This document shows positions 46,406 to 54,547 of a stretch of DNA of 64,000 nt, one piece after another. A program made the translations under genes and the position numbers. Source of the stretch: an uncultured Opitutia bacterium (GTDB lineage Bacteria; Verrucomicrobiota; Verrucomicrobiia; Opitutales; Opitutaceae); NCBI GenBank assembly GCA_903825285.1, contig CAIJZY010000048.1, positions 8,231-72,230 of the forward strand. The letters are read 5' to 3'. Position 1 is the first letter of the stretch. Each line of letters begins with the position of its first letter. The notes beneath the pieces are model-generated. The model did not search any database. It was not told the DNA's origin and saw nothing but the letters and a program-made list of their open reading frames with translations.

Positions 46406-47527
46406 TCACAGCAGCACGAGGTCGTTCCGGTGGATGACCTCGAGGCGCTTGCGGCCGGGGTAGAGCGCGGCGACGGCGGCGCCCTGCTGCCCGGCGAGGG
46501 CGGGGATCTCGTCGCTGCCATAGCCGGACTTGCCGCGCGCGAAGACGATGCCGTCGGGTCCGGCGAGGTTTACGATGTCGCCGGCGGCGAACTCGCCCCG
46601 GGCGCCCGTGACGCCGACCGCGAGGAGGCTGCGGCCCTGCTCGCGCAGGACGGGGACCGCGCAGGCGTTGACGGAAAGCGTGCCGGTGGGGCGCTGGAAA
46701 TAGGCGAGCCAGTGTTTCTTGGCCTCGAGGGGGAGGCCGCTCGGGACGAAGAACGTGCCGGGGCCGCGGCCGGCGAGGAGGCGCGCGAGGATCTCGGGCT
46801 CGGCGCCGCTGGCGATGAAGACGCCGCAGCCGGACTTGGTGGCGAGCTTCGCGGCGGCGATCTTGCTGATCATGCCGCCGGTGGCGGTCTCGCTGGTGGT
46901 GCCGCCGGCCATGGCCTCGATTTCCGGGGTGATGCGCTCGACGACGGGGACGATGGCCTTGGTGCCGCGGAGGTCGACCAGGCCCGGGGCCGTGGACAGG
47001 ATCACGAGGTGCTGGGCGCCGGTGAGGCTGGCGACGAGGGCGGACAGCGTGTCGTTGTCGCCGAACTTGATCTCGGCGGCGCTGACGGTGTCGTTCTCGT
47101 TGATGATGGGGATGGTGCCGTAGCGGATGAGCTGCCGGAGGGTCTCCTGCACCCCGAGGTAGCGGGAGCGCAGCCGGAGGTCGTCATGGGTCAGCAGCAC
47201 CTGCGCGACCGTGAGCCCGTGCGGGGCGAAGCCGGCCTGCCACGTCTGCATGAGCAGCGACTGGCCGACGGCGGCGCAGGCCTGCTTCTTCGACGTCTCC
47301 TTGGGCTTCTTGGCCAGGCGGAGCCGGCCCATGCCGAGGCCGACGGCGCCGGAGGAGACGACGATGACCTCGGTGCCGCGGGCGCGCAGGGCGGCGATCT
47401 CGGCGCAGACCGCGGCGATGCGGGCGGTGTTCAGCTCGCCGATGCCGGACGTGAGGACGCCCGTGCCGAGCTTCACGACCACGCGCTTCGGGTGCGGGTT
47501 CGAGGAGTGGGGCGAGGAGCTGGCCAT
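46406..47527 (-). CDS. proB: Glutamate 5-kinase (with PUA domain)
   Basis: 373 aa. RVVVKLGTGVLTS, VSSGAVGLG, NENDTVS and a C-terminal PUA-like region are present. Confidence 0.93.
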   Translation of the reverse strand: MASSSPHSSNPHPKRVVVKLGTGVLTSGIGELNTARIAAVCAEIAALRARGTEVIVVSSGAVGLGMGRLRLAKKPKETSKKQACAAVGQSLLMQTWQAGFAPHGLTVAQVLLTHDDLRLRSRYLGVQETLRQLIRYGTIPIINENDTVSAAEIKFGDNDTLSALVASLTGAQHLVILSTAPGLVDLRGTKAIVPVVERITPEIEAMAGGTTSETATGGMISKIAAAKLATKSGCGVFIASGAEPEILARLLAGRGPGTFFVPSGLPLEAKKHWLAYFQRPTGTLSVNACAVPVLREQGRSLLAVGVTGARGEFAAGDIVNLAGPDGIVFARGKSGYGSDEIPALAGQQGAAVAALYPGRKRLEVIHRNDLVLL

Positions 47528-47531
47528 GGCA

Positions 47532-47646
47532 GAGTAGCGCGTAGCGGGCAGCGAGTAGCGAGTTGATGAAGGCTGGTGGCGGACGGTCGGGCGACCGAAG
47601 TCGAGGATGGGGATGCTCGCTACTCGCTACCCACTACCCGCTACTT
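47532..47646. repeat. GTAGCGA-word heptad inverted repeat: about 30-bp imperfect stem filling the frr-proB spacer
   Basis: GAGTAGCGCGTAGCGGGCAGCGAGTAGCGAG (47532-47562) faces CTCGCTACTCGCTACCCACTACCCGCTACTT (47616-47646), pairing at about 27 of 30 positions by hand alignment. Confidence 0.85.
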
Positions 47647-47650
47647 CCAC

Positions 47651-48196
47651 TCAGACGGCCAGCAGGTCCCTCTCCTTGTGCGCGAGATGTTCGCCGATGT
47701 CCTTGATCGCCTTGTCGGTCGCGGCCTGGATTTCCTTCTCGAGCCGCTTGGACTCGTCCTCGGGCAGCTTCGCCTTCTTGAGCGTCTCCAGCGCGTCGCG
47801 GCGGACGTTGCGCACGTGCACGCGGCCCTCCTCGGCGAGCTTGTGGGCGGTCTTCACGAACTCGAGGCGGCGCTCGCGGCTCATCTCCGGGAGCGGGATG
47901 CGGATGAGCTTGCCGTCGACGATCGGGTTGAAGCCGAGGTTGGCCTCCTGGATGCCCTTGGCGATGGCCTTGGTCAGGCCCGCGTCCCAGGGCTGGATCT
48001 GGATTAGGCGGGCGTCGGGCGTGCTGATGGCCGCGCACTCCTTGAGGCGCATCATCGAGCCGTAGGCCTCGACCTGCACGCCCTCCACCATGGCGGGCGT
48101 GGCCTTGCCGGTGTGGATCGCGCTGAACTCGTGCAGCGTGAAGTCCACGGACTTCTTCATCTTGGTGGCGGCGTCGGTCAGGATGGGATGGCTCAT
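47651..48196 (-). CDS. frr: Ribosome recycling factor
   Basis: 181 aa with a canonical Frr sequence (IRIPLPEMSRERRLEFVK, RNVRRDA). Confidence 0.95.
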   Translation of the reverse strand: MSHPILTDAATKMKKSVDFTLHEFSAIHTGKATPAMVEGVQVEAYGSMMRLKECAAISTPDARLIQIQPWDAGLTKAIAKGIQEANLGFNPIVDGKLIRIPLPEMSRERRLEFVKTAHKLAEEGRVHVRNVRRDALETLKKAKLPEDESKRLEKEIQAATDKAIKDIGEHLAHKERDLLAV

Positions 48197-48297
48197 CGGA
48201 TTTACGGTTTGCGAATTACGATTTAGGTTCGGGGCGGCAGGAGGGCGGGGTGGCCCGCGTTCCTCGAATTTCGAATTTTGACCTGCGGATTTCGCGG
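48197..48297. repeat. T-rich heptad words (CGGATTT ACGGTTT GCGAATT ACGATTT ... CTCGAAT TTCGAAT TTTGACC TGCGGAT TTCGCGG) in the pyrH-frr spacer
   Basis: Two blocks with 7-nt periodicity, 48197-48232 and 48263-48297. The first abuts the frr start codon. Confidence 0.7.
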
Positions 48298-48300
48298 CAC

Positions 48301-49038
48301 TCAGTTCTTCACCAGCGTCCCGATCTTCTCCCCGAGGACGGCGCGGCGGATGGCGTGCTCGTCGTGGAGGTTGAAGACCAGGATGGGGACGTTGTTGTCG
48401 AGGCAGAGGGAGAACGCGGTCGAGTCCATGACGTTGAGCCGCTGCTTCAGCGCGTCGATGAAGCTGAGCTCATCGTACTTCACCGCGTCGGCGTGCTTCT
48501 TCGGGTCCTTGTTGTAGATGCCGTCCACCTTCGTGGCCTTCATGATCACGTCGGCGTGCATCTCGGACGCGCGCAGCGCGGCGGTGGTGTCGGTGGAGAA
48601 GTACGGGTTGCCCGTGCCGGCGACGAAGATCACCACGCGGAGCTTCTCGAGGTGCCGGATGGCGCGGCGGAGGATGAACGGCTCGGCGATCTGGTTCATC
48701 GGGATGGCGCTCTGGACCCGCGTCGTGACGCCCATCTTCTCGAGGCAGTCCATGAGCGCGAGGCCGTTGATCACGGTCGCGAGCATGCCCATGTAGTCGC
48801 CCGTGGTGCGGTCCACGCCGCGCTTCTCGCCGTTGAGCCCGCGGAAGATGTTGCCGCCGCCGATCACCACGCACACCTGCACGCCGAGCTCGTGGATCTC
48901 CTTAATCTGCAGGCTGATCTTTTCCAGCGTGGCGGCGTCGATGGGGTCGCCGCTGGCGCCGCGGAGGACCTCGCCGCTGAGCTTGAGGACGATGCGCTGG
49001 TATTTCACCCGGGAAGTGGCCGGCTTGGGGGCGTGCAT
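48301..49038 (-). CDS. pyrH: UMP kinase
   Basis: The track ORF is trimmed to the ATG at 49038. [37 protein letters not shown] and KATKVDGIY are PyrH motifs. Confidence 0.95.
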   Translation of the reverse strand: MHAPKPATSRVKYQRIVLKLSGEVLRGASGDPIDAATLEKISLQIKEIHELGVQVCVVIGGGNIFRGLNGEKRGVDRTTGDYMGMLATVINGLALMDCLEKMGVTTRVQSAIPMNQIAEPFILRRAIRHLEKLRVVIFVAGTGNPYFSTDTTAALRASEMHADVIMKATKVDGIYNKDPKKHADAVKYDELSFIDALKQRLNVMDSTAFSLCLDNNVPILVFNLHDEHAIRRAVLGEKIGTLVKN

Positions 49039-49058
49039 GACGAACAGGAAACGGCACG

Positions 49059-49119
49059 GCAAAATCCACGTCAACCCTGCGCTGCGCCGGGGCCGGCGCC
49101 GCCGGCGGGCGGATTTTGC
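49059..49119. repeat. Inverted repeat GCAAAATCC / GGATTTTGC enclosing a GC-rich nested palindrome, in the pyrH / DeoR divergent spacer
   Basis: The 9-nt arms lie at 49059-49067 and 49111-49119. The inner GCCGGCG/CGCCGGC palindrome lies around 49091-49106. Confidence 0.6.
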
Positions 49120-49170
49120 TCGCGGTGTTAAATAATCACAACAGGGTGTGAGAAACCCACCCCGCGCCCC

Positions 49171-49974
49171 GTGACGCCCTCCGCCCGCCGGCAGTTCATC
49201 TCGGACCACCTCGAGCAGGCGGGCGCGGGCACGTATGACGGGCTGGCGGCGGCCCTGGGGGTCTCGGCCATGACGATCCGGCGGGACCTGGAGGGGCTGG
49301 TCGCGGCGGGCCGCGCCATCCGGACGGTCGGCGGCGTGCAGCGCGCGGCCGCGCCCTCCTACCTGCTCGAGACCGCCCTCCATGCGCGGCTCGGCGTGCA
49401 GCGCGAGGCCAAGCGCGCCATCGCGCGGCGCGCGCTGGAACTGGTCACCGGCCGGCCGACGCTCTTCCTGGACGGGAGCACGACCTGCCTGGAACTGGCG
49501 CGGCTGCTGGCGCGGGAGCGCCAGGGCCTGACGATCGTCACAAACTCGGCGCTGGTCTGCCTGGAGCTGGGGCGGGGCGGCGGCCACGCGGTCACCGGCC
49601 TCGGCGGCCGCTATGACCCCGACAGCCTGAGCTTTGTCGGCGCGCCGGCGGAGGACGCGGCCGCGGCGCTGTTCGTGGACCTGGCGTTTGTCAGCACCAA
49701 GGGCTTCCTGCCGACGAAGGGCACGTTCGAGTCGGCGCTGCCCAACTTCCGCCTCAAGCAGATCATCGCGCGCCAGTGCGGAAAGCTCGTTCTGCTCGCC
49801 GACCACACAAAGTTCGGCCAGCGGGCCCTGAGCAAGGTCCTCGACCCCGCGCAGATCCACACGGTGGTCACGGACCAGCGGCCGCGGCGGCCGGACCTGG
49901 CCGCGCTCGCCAAGGCGGGCTGCGCAGTGCTGGTGGCCGCCCCCGCGGCCGGAAAGGCTTCCCATGCCACTTGA
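49171..49974 (+). CDS. DeoR-family transcriptional regulator
   Basis: GTG start. The HTH region is [22 protein letters not shown], followed by a DeoR C-terminal sugar-phosphate sensor domain (LFLDGSTT...VSTKG). Confidence 0.85.
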   Translation: MTPSARRQFISDHLEQAGAGTYDGLAAALGVSAMTIRRDLEGLVAAGRAIRTVGGVQRAAAPSYLLETALHARLGVQREAKRAIARRALELVTGRPTLFLDGSTTCLELARLLARERQGLTIVTNSALVCLELGRGGGHAVTGLGGRYDPDSLSFVGAPAEDAAAALFVDLAFVSTKGFLPTKGTFESALPNFRLKQIIARQCGKLVLLADHTKFGQRALSKVLDPAQIHTVVTDQRPRRPDLAALAKAGCAVLVAAPAAGKASHAT

Positions 49975-50851
49975 ATCCATCGCCACGCTGCTGGCGCGCG
50001 CCCGGGCGGGCGGCTACGCGCTCGGTTATTTCGAAAGCTGGAACCTGGAGTCGCTGCAGGGCGCCGTGGACGCCGCCGAGGCGGCGCGCTCGCCGATCAT
50101 CCTGGGCTTCAACGGCGACTTCCTCAGCCGGCCCGGCCGCCTCGCCGCGGAGCGGCTCGACTGGTACGGCGCGCTGGGGCGCGCGGCCGCGATGTCGGCC
50201 ACCGTGCCGTGCGGCCTGATCTTCAACGAATGCCCGGACGACGCCTGGGTGGGCCGGGCCGCGGACGCGGGCTTCAACCTGGTCATGCCCGCCGACCCGG
50301 CCGCGCCGCCCGAGGAGTACCAGCGGCGCGTGGCGGCCCTCGTGCGCCACGCCCACGCGCGGGGCGTCGCGGTCGAGGCCGAGCTGGGCGAACTGCCCTG
50401 CGGCGCCGGTGGCGGCGAGGCGGCCGGCGGCGCCATGACCGATCCCGAGGCCGCCGCGCGCTTCGTGGCCGGCACCGGCGTGGACCTCCTTGCGGTGAGC
50501 GTGGGCAACGTCCACATCAAGCTCCGCGGCGAGCAGCCGCTCGACCTGCGCCGGCTGGAGGCGATCCGCCGCCGCGTGGACATCCCGCTCGTGCTGCATG
50601 GCGGCACCGGCATCGACCAAGCCTCGCTGCGTGCCGCCATCGCGTTGGGCGTGGCCAAGGTCAATTACGGCACCTACCTCAAGCAGCGTTACCTGGCCGC
50701 CGTCCGCGCCGCGCTGGCGGTGGACGAGCCCAACCCGCACGAGCTGCTCGGGCTGGGCGGGCCGCGCGACGTGATGGGAATCGGCCGCCGCGCGGTGCGC
50801 GACGCCGTGCTGGAGCGCATCGGCAGCCTCGGCGGCAGCGGAAAGGCCTGA
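49964..50851 (+). CDS. Class-II (ketose-bisphosphate) aldolase family homolog with a non-canonical active-site motif
   Basis: Colinear with GatY/KbaY-type aldolases: [34 protein letters not shown]. The canonical LHLDH segment reads LIFNE here. Confidence 0.8.
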   Translation: MPLESIATLLARARAGGYALGYFESWNLESLQGAVDAAEAARSPIILGFNGDFLSRPGRLAAERLDWYGALGRAAAMSATVPCGLIFNECPDDAWVGRAADAGFNLVMPADPAAPPEEYQRRVAALVRHAHARGVAVEAELGELPCGAGGGEAAGGAMTDPEAAARFVAGTGVDLLAVSVGNVHIKLRGEQPLDLRRLEAIRRRVDIPLVLHGGTGIDQASLRAAIALGVAKVNYGTYLKQRYLAAVRAALAVDEPNPHELLGLGGPRDVMGIGRRAVRDAVLERIGSLGGSGKA

Positions 50852-50854
50852 CCC

Positions 50855-52918
50855 GTGAACCATCCCGCCGCCCTCGACCTCTCCTCCGACCTGCCGAGCC
50901 GTCCAGTGATCGCCAACGCGATCCTGGCCGTGGCCGTGGGCAACCGCGGCACCGTCGCGCGGCCCGCCTTCCACGTGCGCGCCGTGGCCAGCGCGGAGGG
51001 CGGCGCGTGGCGGGGTTTGCTGGACGGCGCCGCCGAGGGCGAATTCATCACTTCGCTCGGCGCCCTCGATGCCGACGCGTGCACCGTGCAGCGCATGTCC
51101 GACGGCGGCTGGGAGCTCCGGCTGACCGCGTCGGGCGAGGCCTGGACGGCGAGCGAGGTCATCACTGTGCCCGCGGGCGAGGCGCCCATCTGCCGGCGGC
51201 AAACGTACACCTTCAATCGCGCCTGCGCCGCGTCCCTGTCGCCCGGCTTCCGGCTCGTGGCCGATCCCGCGGTGCGCTACACCTGCCCGCTGCAGGCCCA
51301 CGAGCGGCCGCTGGCGGAACTGCGGCCTTTCCGCCCGGCGGTGGACTGGGCGCTACCGTTTCCCTTCCATTTCTGGCACGACGGGCGCCGGGTCGCGATC
51401 TACGGCGTGGATCGGACCGCCTCGCGCGGCACACTCGACCTCGCGCCCGAGTCCGGTTGCGGCGCCCGGCTGCGCGTGCATTTTCCCGACACCGCGGTGC
51501 AGCCGCCCGGCGGCGTGCCGGCGGCGTCGCCGGGCACCACGGATTTTCGCACGGGCGACACAGTCACGCTCACCGAGGTGATCGCGGTCCGGGCGCTGGC
51601 GGCCGGGGACGAGCCCTGGCTCGAGGCGGAACGGTTGGCGGCGGCGCTGCTGCTGCGCACCCCGCCGCGGGCGATGGACGCGGCGGCGGTCGCGGCGGGA
51701 ATCGCGGCGTTCTACCCGCGCTGCGGCCTCTGGGAGCCCGACGCGCTCGGGCCGGGCCGTGGCTGGTTCAGCAACATGTGGGTACGCACGCAGACCGGGC
51801 CGGCGAAGCGGCGCGGCGAGATGAGCGGCTATTTCGACCTCGGGTGGGGCGAGGGCATCGCGGTCGAGATCTGGATGGGCGTGGTGCGGCACTGGCTCCG
51901 CACCGGCGACACCGGGTTGCTGTCCTACCTCGACACCATGACCCGCAGCCTCGACTGCTTCCGGCGTCCCGGGGGCCCGGCGGGCGCATACTACGACCGC
52001 AGCGACGGCCAACGGTACGGCGACTTCCTGATCGACCATGTGCCGGGCGGACGGATCTGGTCGCACTCGCTCGCGCACACGGGCAGCCAGCTTATCCAGC
52101 TTTACCAGCTGGCCCCGGCGTACCCGGATGCGGCAACGCGGCGGGCCTGGCTCGACGCGGCGACCGCGATGGGCGGGTACCTCGCGGGGCTGCAGCGGCC
52201 GGACGGCGACCTGCCGGACATCCTCGACGACGCCGACCGCGAGGCGAACCACAAGCCCCACCGCATCGCGGCGCGCGCGGTGGCCTGCGGCCTGTGGGTG
52301 CGGCTCGGGACGGTGTCCGGCGACACGGCGTGGCTCGAGCGCGCGCGGCGGCTGGCGGCGTTTCTCGCGCCCGAGATTGGCCGCTACGAGTTCTACAACC
52401 AGATGCTCGACGGCATCATCGCGGCGGACCGGGAGTTCGTGGACGGGGAGGCGTCGTGCTACGTGCTCGAGGGACTTGTGCCGCTCTACGCCGCGACCCG
52501 CGACCCGGCGGTGCTCGCGCTCTGCCGGAAGGCGGCGGCGTTCGCCTTCGCGTGGACCTATTTCTACGACCTGCCGCACGCGCACCGCGGCGTGGCGCGC
52601 GGCGGGCAGTGCTGCCGGATGGACGACTACCCGCTGCTGTACCCGATCGGCCCGGCCAAGGCGATGGAGCCCGTGCTCGCGCTGGCGCGGCTCACCGGCG
52701 ATCCGCTCTACGCCACGCTCGCGGCGGAGATGGCCGCGTTCATCGGCGCCTGGCAGATCGACGCGCCCGGCGAGCCGTGGCACGGCGGCATGGTCCACGC
52801 GCTCGGCCAGTTCTCCGGCCGGCACTGGGGGCCCGACCTCGCCGGGCAGGTGGACACCGGCATGGCCACGGGCAACAGCCTGGCCGCCCTTGAATGCTGG
52901 CTGGCGCGCGACGCCTGA
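50855..52918 (+). CDS. Hypothetical cytoplasmic protein, 687 aa; the C-terminal half looks alpha/alpha-toroid (six-hairpin) like
   Basis: GTG start 3 nt after the aldolase-like stop. No signal peptide. The C-terminal half is rich in W/Y/D-containing helical repeats, as in six-hairpin glycosidases and lyases. I recognise no family. Confidence 0.6.
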   Translation: MNHPAALDLSSDLPSRPVIANAILAVAVGNRGTVARPAFHVRAVASAEGGAWRGLLDGAAEGEFITSLGALDADACTVQRMSDGGWELRLTASGEAWTASEVITVPAGEAPICRRQTYTFNRACAASLSPGFRLVADPAVRYTCPLQAHERPLAELRPFRPAVDWALPFPFHFWHDGRRVAIYGVDRTASRGTLDLAPESGCGARLRVHFPDTAVQPPGGVPAASPGTTDFRTGDTVTLTEVIAVRALAAGDEPWLEAERLAAALLLRTPPRAMDAAAVAAGIAAFYPRCGLWEPDALGPGRGWFSNMWVRTQTGPAKRRGEMSGYFDLGWGEGIAVEIWMGVVRHWLRTGDTGLLSYLDTMTRSLDCFRRPGGPAGAYYDRSDGQRYGDFLIDHVPGGRIWSHSLAHTGSQLIQLYQLAPAYPDAATRRAWLDAATAMGGYLAGLQRPDGDLPDILDDADREANHKPHRIAARAVACGLWVRLGTVSGDTAWLERARRLAAFLAPEIGRYEFYNQMLDGIIAADREFVDGEASCYVLEGLVPLYAATRDPAVLALCRKAAAFAFAWTYFYDLPHAHRGVARGGQCCRMDDYPLLYPIGPAKAMEPVLALARLTGDPLYATLAAEMAAFIGAWQIDAPGEPWHGGMVHALGQFSGRHWGPDLAGQVDTGMATGNSLAALECWLARDA

Positions 52919-52933
52919 CCCGACGCTTTTCCC

Positions 52934-53326
52934 ATGGATCTCGAATTCAAGATGCCGGACCTGGCCACGACCGACTCCACCATCAAGGTGATCCGCTGGC
53001 TCGCCGTCGCCGGGCAGCCCGTCACCCGCGGCCAGGCGCTGCTCGAGGTGGAGACCGACAAGTCCGCCATGGAGGTGGAGGCGATCGCCACCGGACGGCT
53101 GAAGTCCATCCACGCCCAGCCGGGCGACGCGCTCCTCGCCGGCCAGCTCATCGCGGTGATCGAGGTCGAGGGCAGCGCCCCGGCGCCGACTCTCGCGCCC
53201 CCGCCGGCCGCGGCCGTGCCTCCGCCCCCGACGGTGCCGGTCGCCGCTCCCGTGATTCCGCGCGCGCCCGCCGGCGGGATGTTTGCCAAGAACCGCGCCG
53301 CGGCCCGCCGGCCGGAGACACCCTGA
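52934..53326 (+). CDS. Stand-alone lipoyl-attachment domain protein (E2-type lipoyl domain plus Pro/Ala linker only)
   Basis: The lipoyl-lysine motif is in FKMPDLATTDSTIKVIRWLAVAGQPVTRGQALLEVETDKSAMEVEA. It is followed by a PA-rich linker, and the ORF ends after 130 aa with no acyltransferase domain. Confidence 0.8.
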   Translation: MDLEFKMPDLATTDSTIKVIRWLAVAGQPVTRGQALLEVETDKSAMEVEAIATGRLKSIHAQPGDALLAGQLIAVIEVEGSAPAPTLAPPPAAAVPPPPTVPVAAPVIPRAPAGGMFAKNRAAARRPETP

Positions 53327-53342
53327 AACCGAGAACTTCCCC

Positions 53343-54542
53343 ATGACCATCGCCCCCGCTGAACTGGAACCCGAACTGGCCGAAGCCTACCGGCAGAGCG
53401 CCGACAAAAGCGTCCTCGCGGCGCTCAACCCGAAGATCTTTTTCGGCTATTTCTCCGTGTGCGCGGACCCCTCGCAGGGCCACGGCTTCAACACCACCTT
53501 CCCCGGCCTCGACTGGGGCCAGTCCGCCGAGGCGCTGCTCTGGCTCGGCCGGCGGGCGGAGGTGCTCGCCAGCTGGGAGTACGTGAAGACCTTCCTGCGC
53601 GAGGACGGGCTGCTGCCGTTCGCGATCGTGCCCGACCAGGCGGGAACCACGACGCAGATGGCGCTGCCGAAGCACACCCAGACGTACCCGTTCACGGTCG
53701 CCGCGAATGGCGGCGCGTACTGTCACTGGTTCCCGGGCAACCCGCTGATGATGCTGCCGAACGTCACGTTCCTGCAGATGGCGGACGCGATTTACCACCA
53801 CACCCGCGACGACGCCTGGCTGGCGGCGCAGCGGCCGATCCTGCGGCGGGTGACGGACTGGATGGCGCAGCAGGTGACGCCGGAGGGGCTCGTGCGCGGC
53901 GGTGGCTTCTACATCGAGCGGCCCCCGCGGCTGGAGTTCGACGGCGTGACGCAGTGCTACACGGCGCATGCGTTCCGCCTGGCGGCGGCCCTGGTGGGCG
54001 AGCCGGCCTATGCGGCGGTCGCGGACAAGATCACAATGTGCTTCCGCCGCGAGTTCTGGGCGGGGGATCACTGCGTCGAGTACATCAACGGCGAGCGCGG
54101 CAAGATCTCGCACCACGGTCTGACCGACGTGGACTGGGCCGCCATCGCCACCGGCGTGGCGACGCCCGAGCAGGTGAAGATCCTCTGGCCGCAGCTGCGC
54201 GCGAACGCCGACTTTGTCTACAACGGCATCCCGACCGGCATCTCCACGCGGCCCGAGACGTACGAGGACTGGGAGATGCTGTTCCTCGACCGCCACGACC
54301 TGGCCGCGATGGGCCGGGTCTGGTACCTGGAGGCGTGGGCCCGCTCCCGGATGGGCGACCGCGCGGGCCTGCTCGAGTCGCTGCGCCAGGTGGCGCGCGT
54401 CGGCAAGGGGGACAACTGGTACTGGCGCGAACGCTACTACTCCGAGCGGAGCGGCGACCTCTGCAGCTATCGCATCAACACGTACTGCGAGTACCCGGCG
54501 ACGTTCATCCGCGTCGTCCACCGCTTCGTGCTCGGCGCCTGA
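53343..54542 (+). CDS. Hypothetical cytoplasmic protein, 399 aa, probable (alpha/alpha)6 glycosidase-like fold
   Basis: The track ORF is trimmed to the ATG at 53343. No signal peptide. It is helical-repeat rich and reminiscent of GH63/GH78/debranching-type six-hairpin domains. This assignment is tentative. Confidence 0.5.
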   Translation: MTIAPAELEPELAEAYRQSADKSVLAALNPKIFFGYFSVCADPSQGHGFNTTFPGLDWGQSAEALLWLGRRAEVLASWEYVKTFLREDGLLPFAIVPDQAGTTTQMALPKHTQTYPFTVAANGGAYCHWFPGNPLMMLPNVTFLQMADAIYHHTRDDAWLAAQRPILRRVTDWMAQQVTPEGLVRGGGFYIERPPRLEFDGVTQCYTAHAFRLAAALVGEPAYAAVADKITMCFRREFWAGDHCVEYINGERGKISHHGLTDVDWAAIATGVATPEQVKILWPQLRANADFVYNGIPTGISTRPETYEDWEMLFLDRHDLAAMGRVWYLEAWARSRMGDRAGLLESLRQVARVGKGDNWYWRERYYSERSGDLCSYRINTYCEYPATFIRVVHRFVLGA

Positions 54543-54547
54543 CCGCC

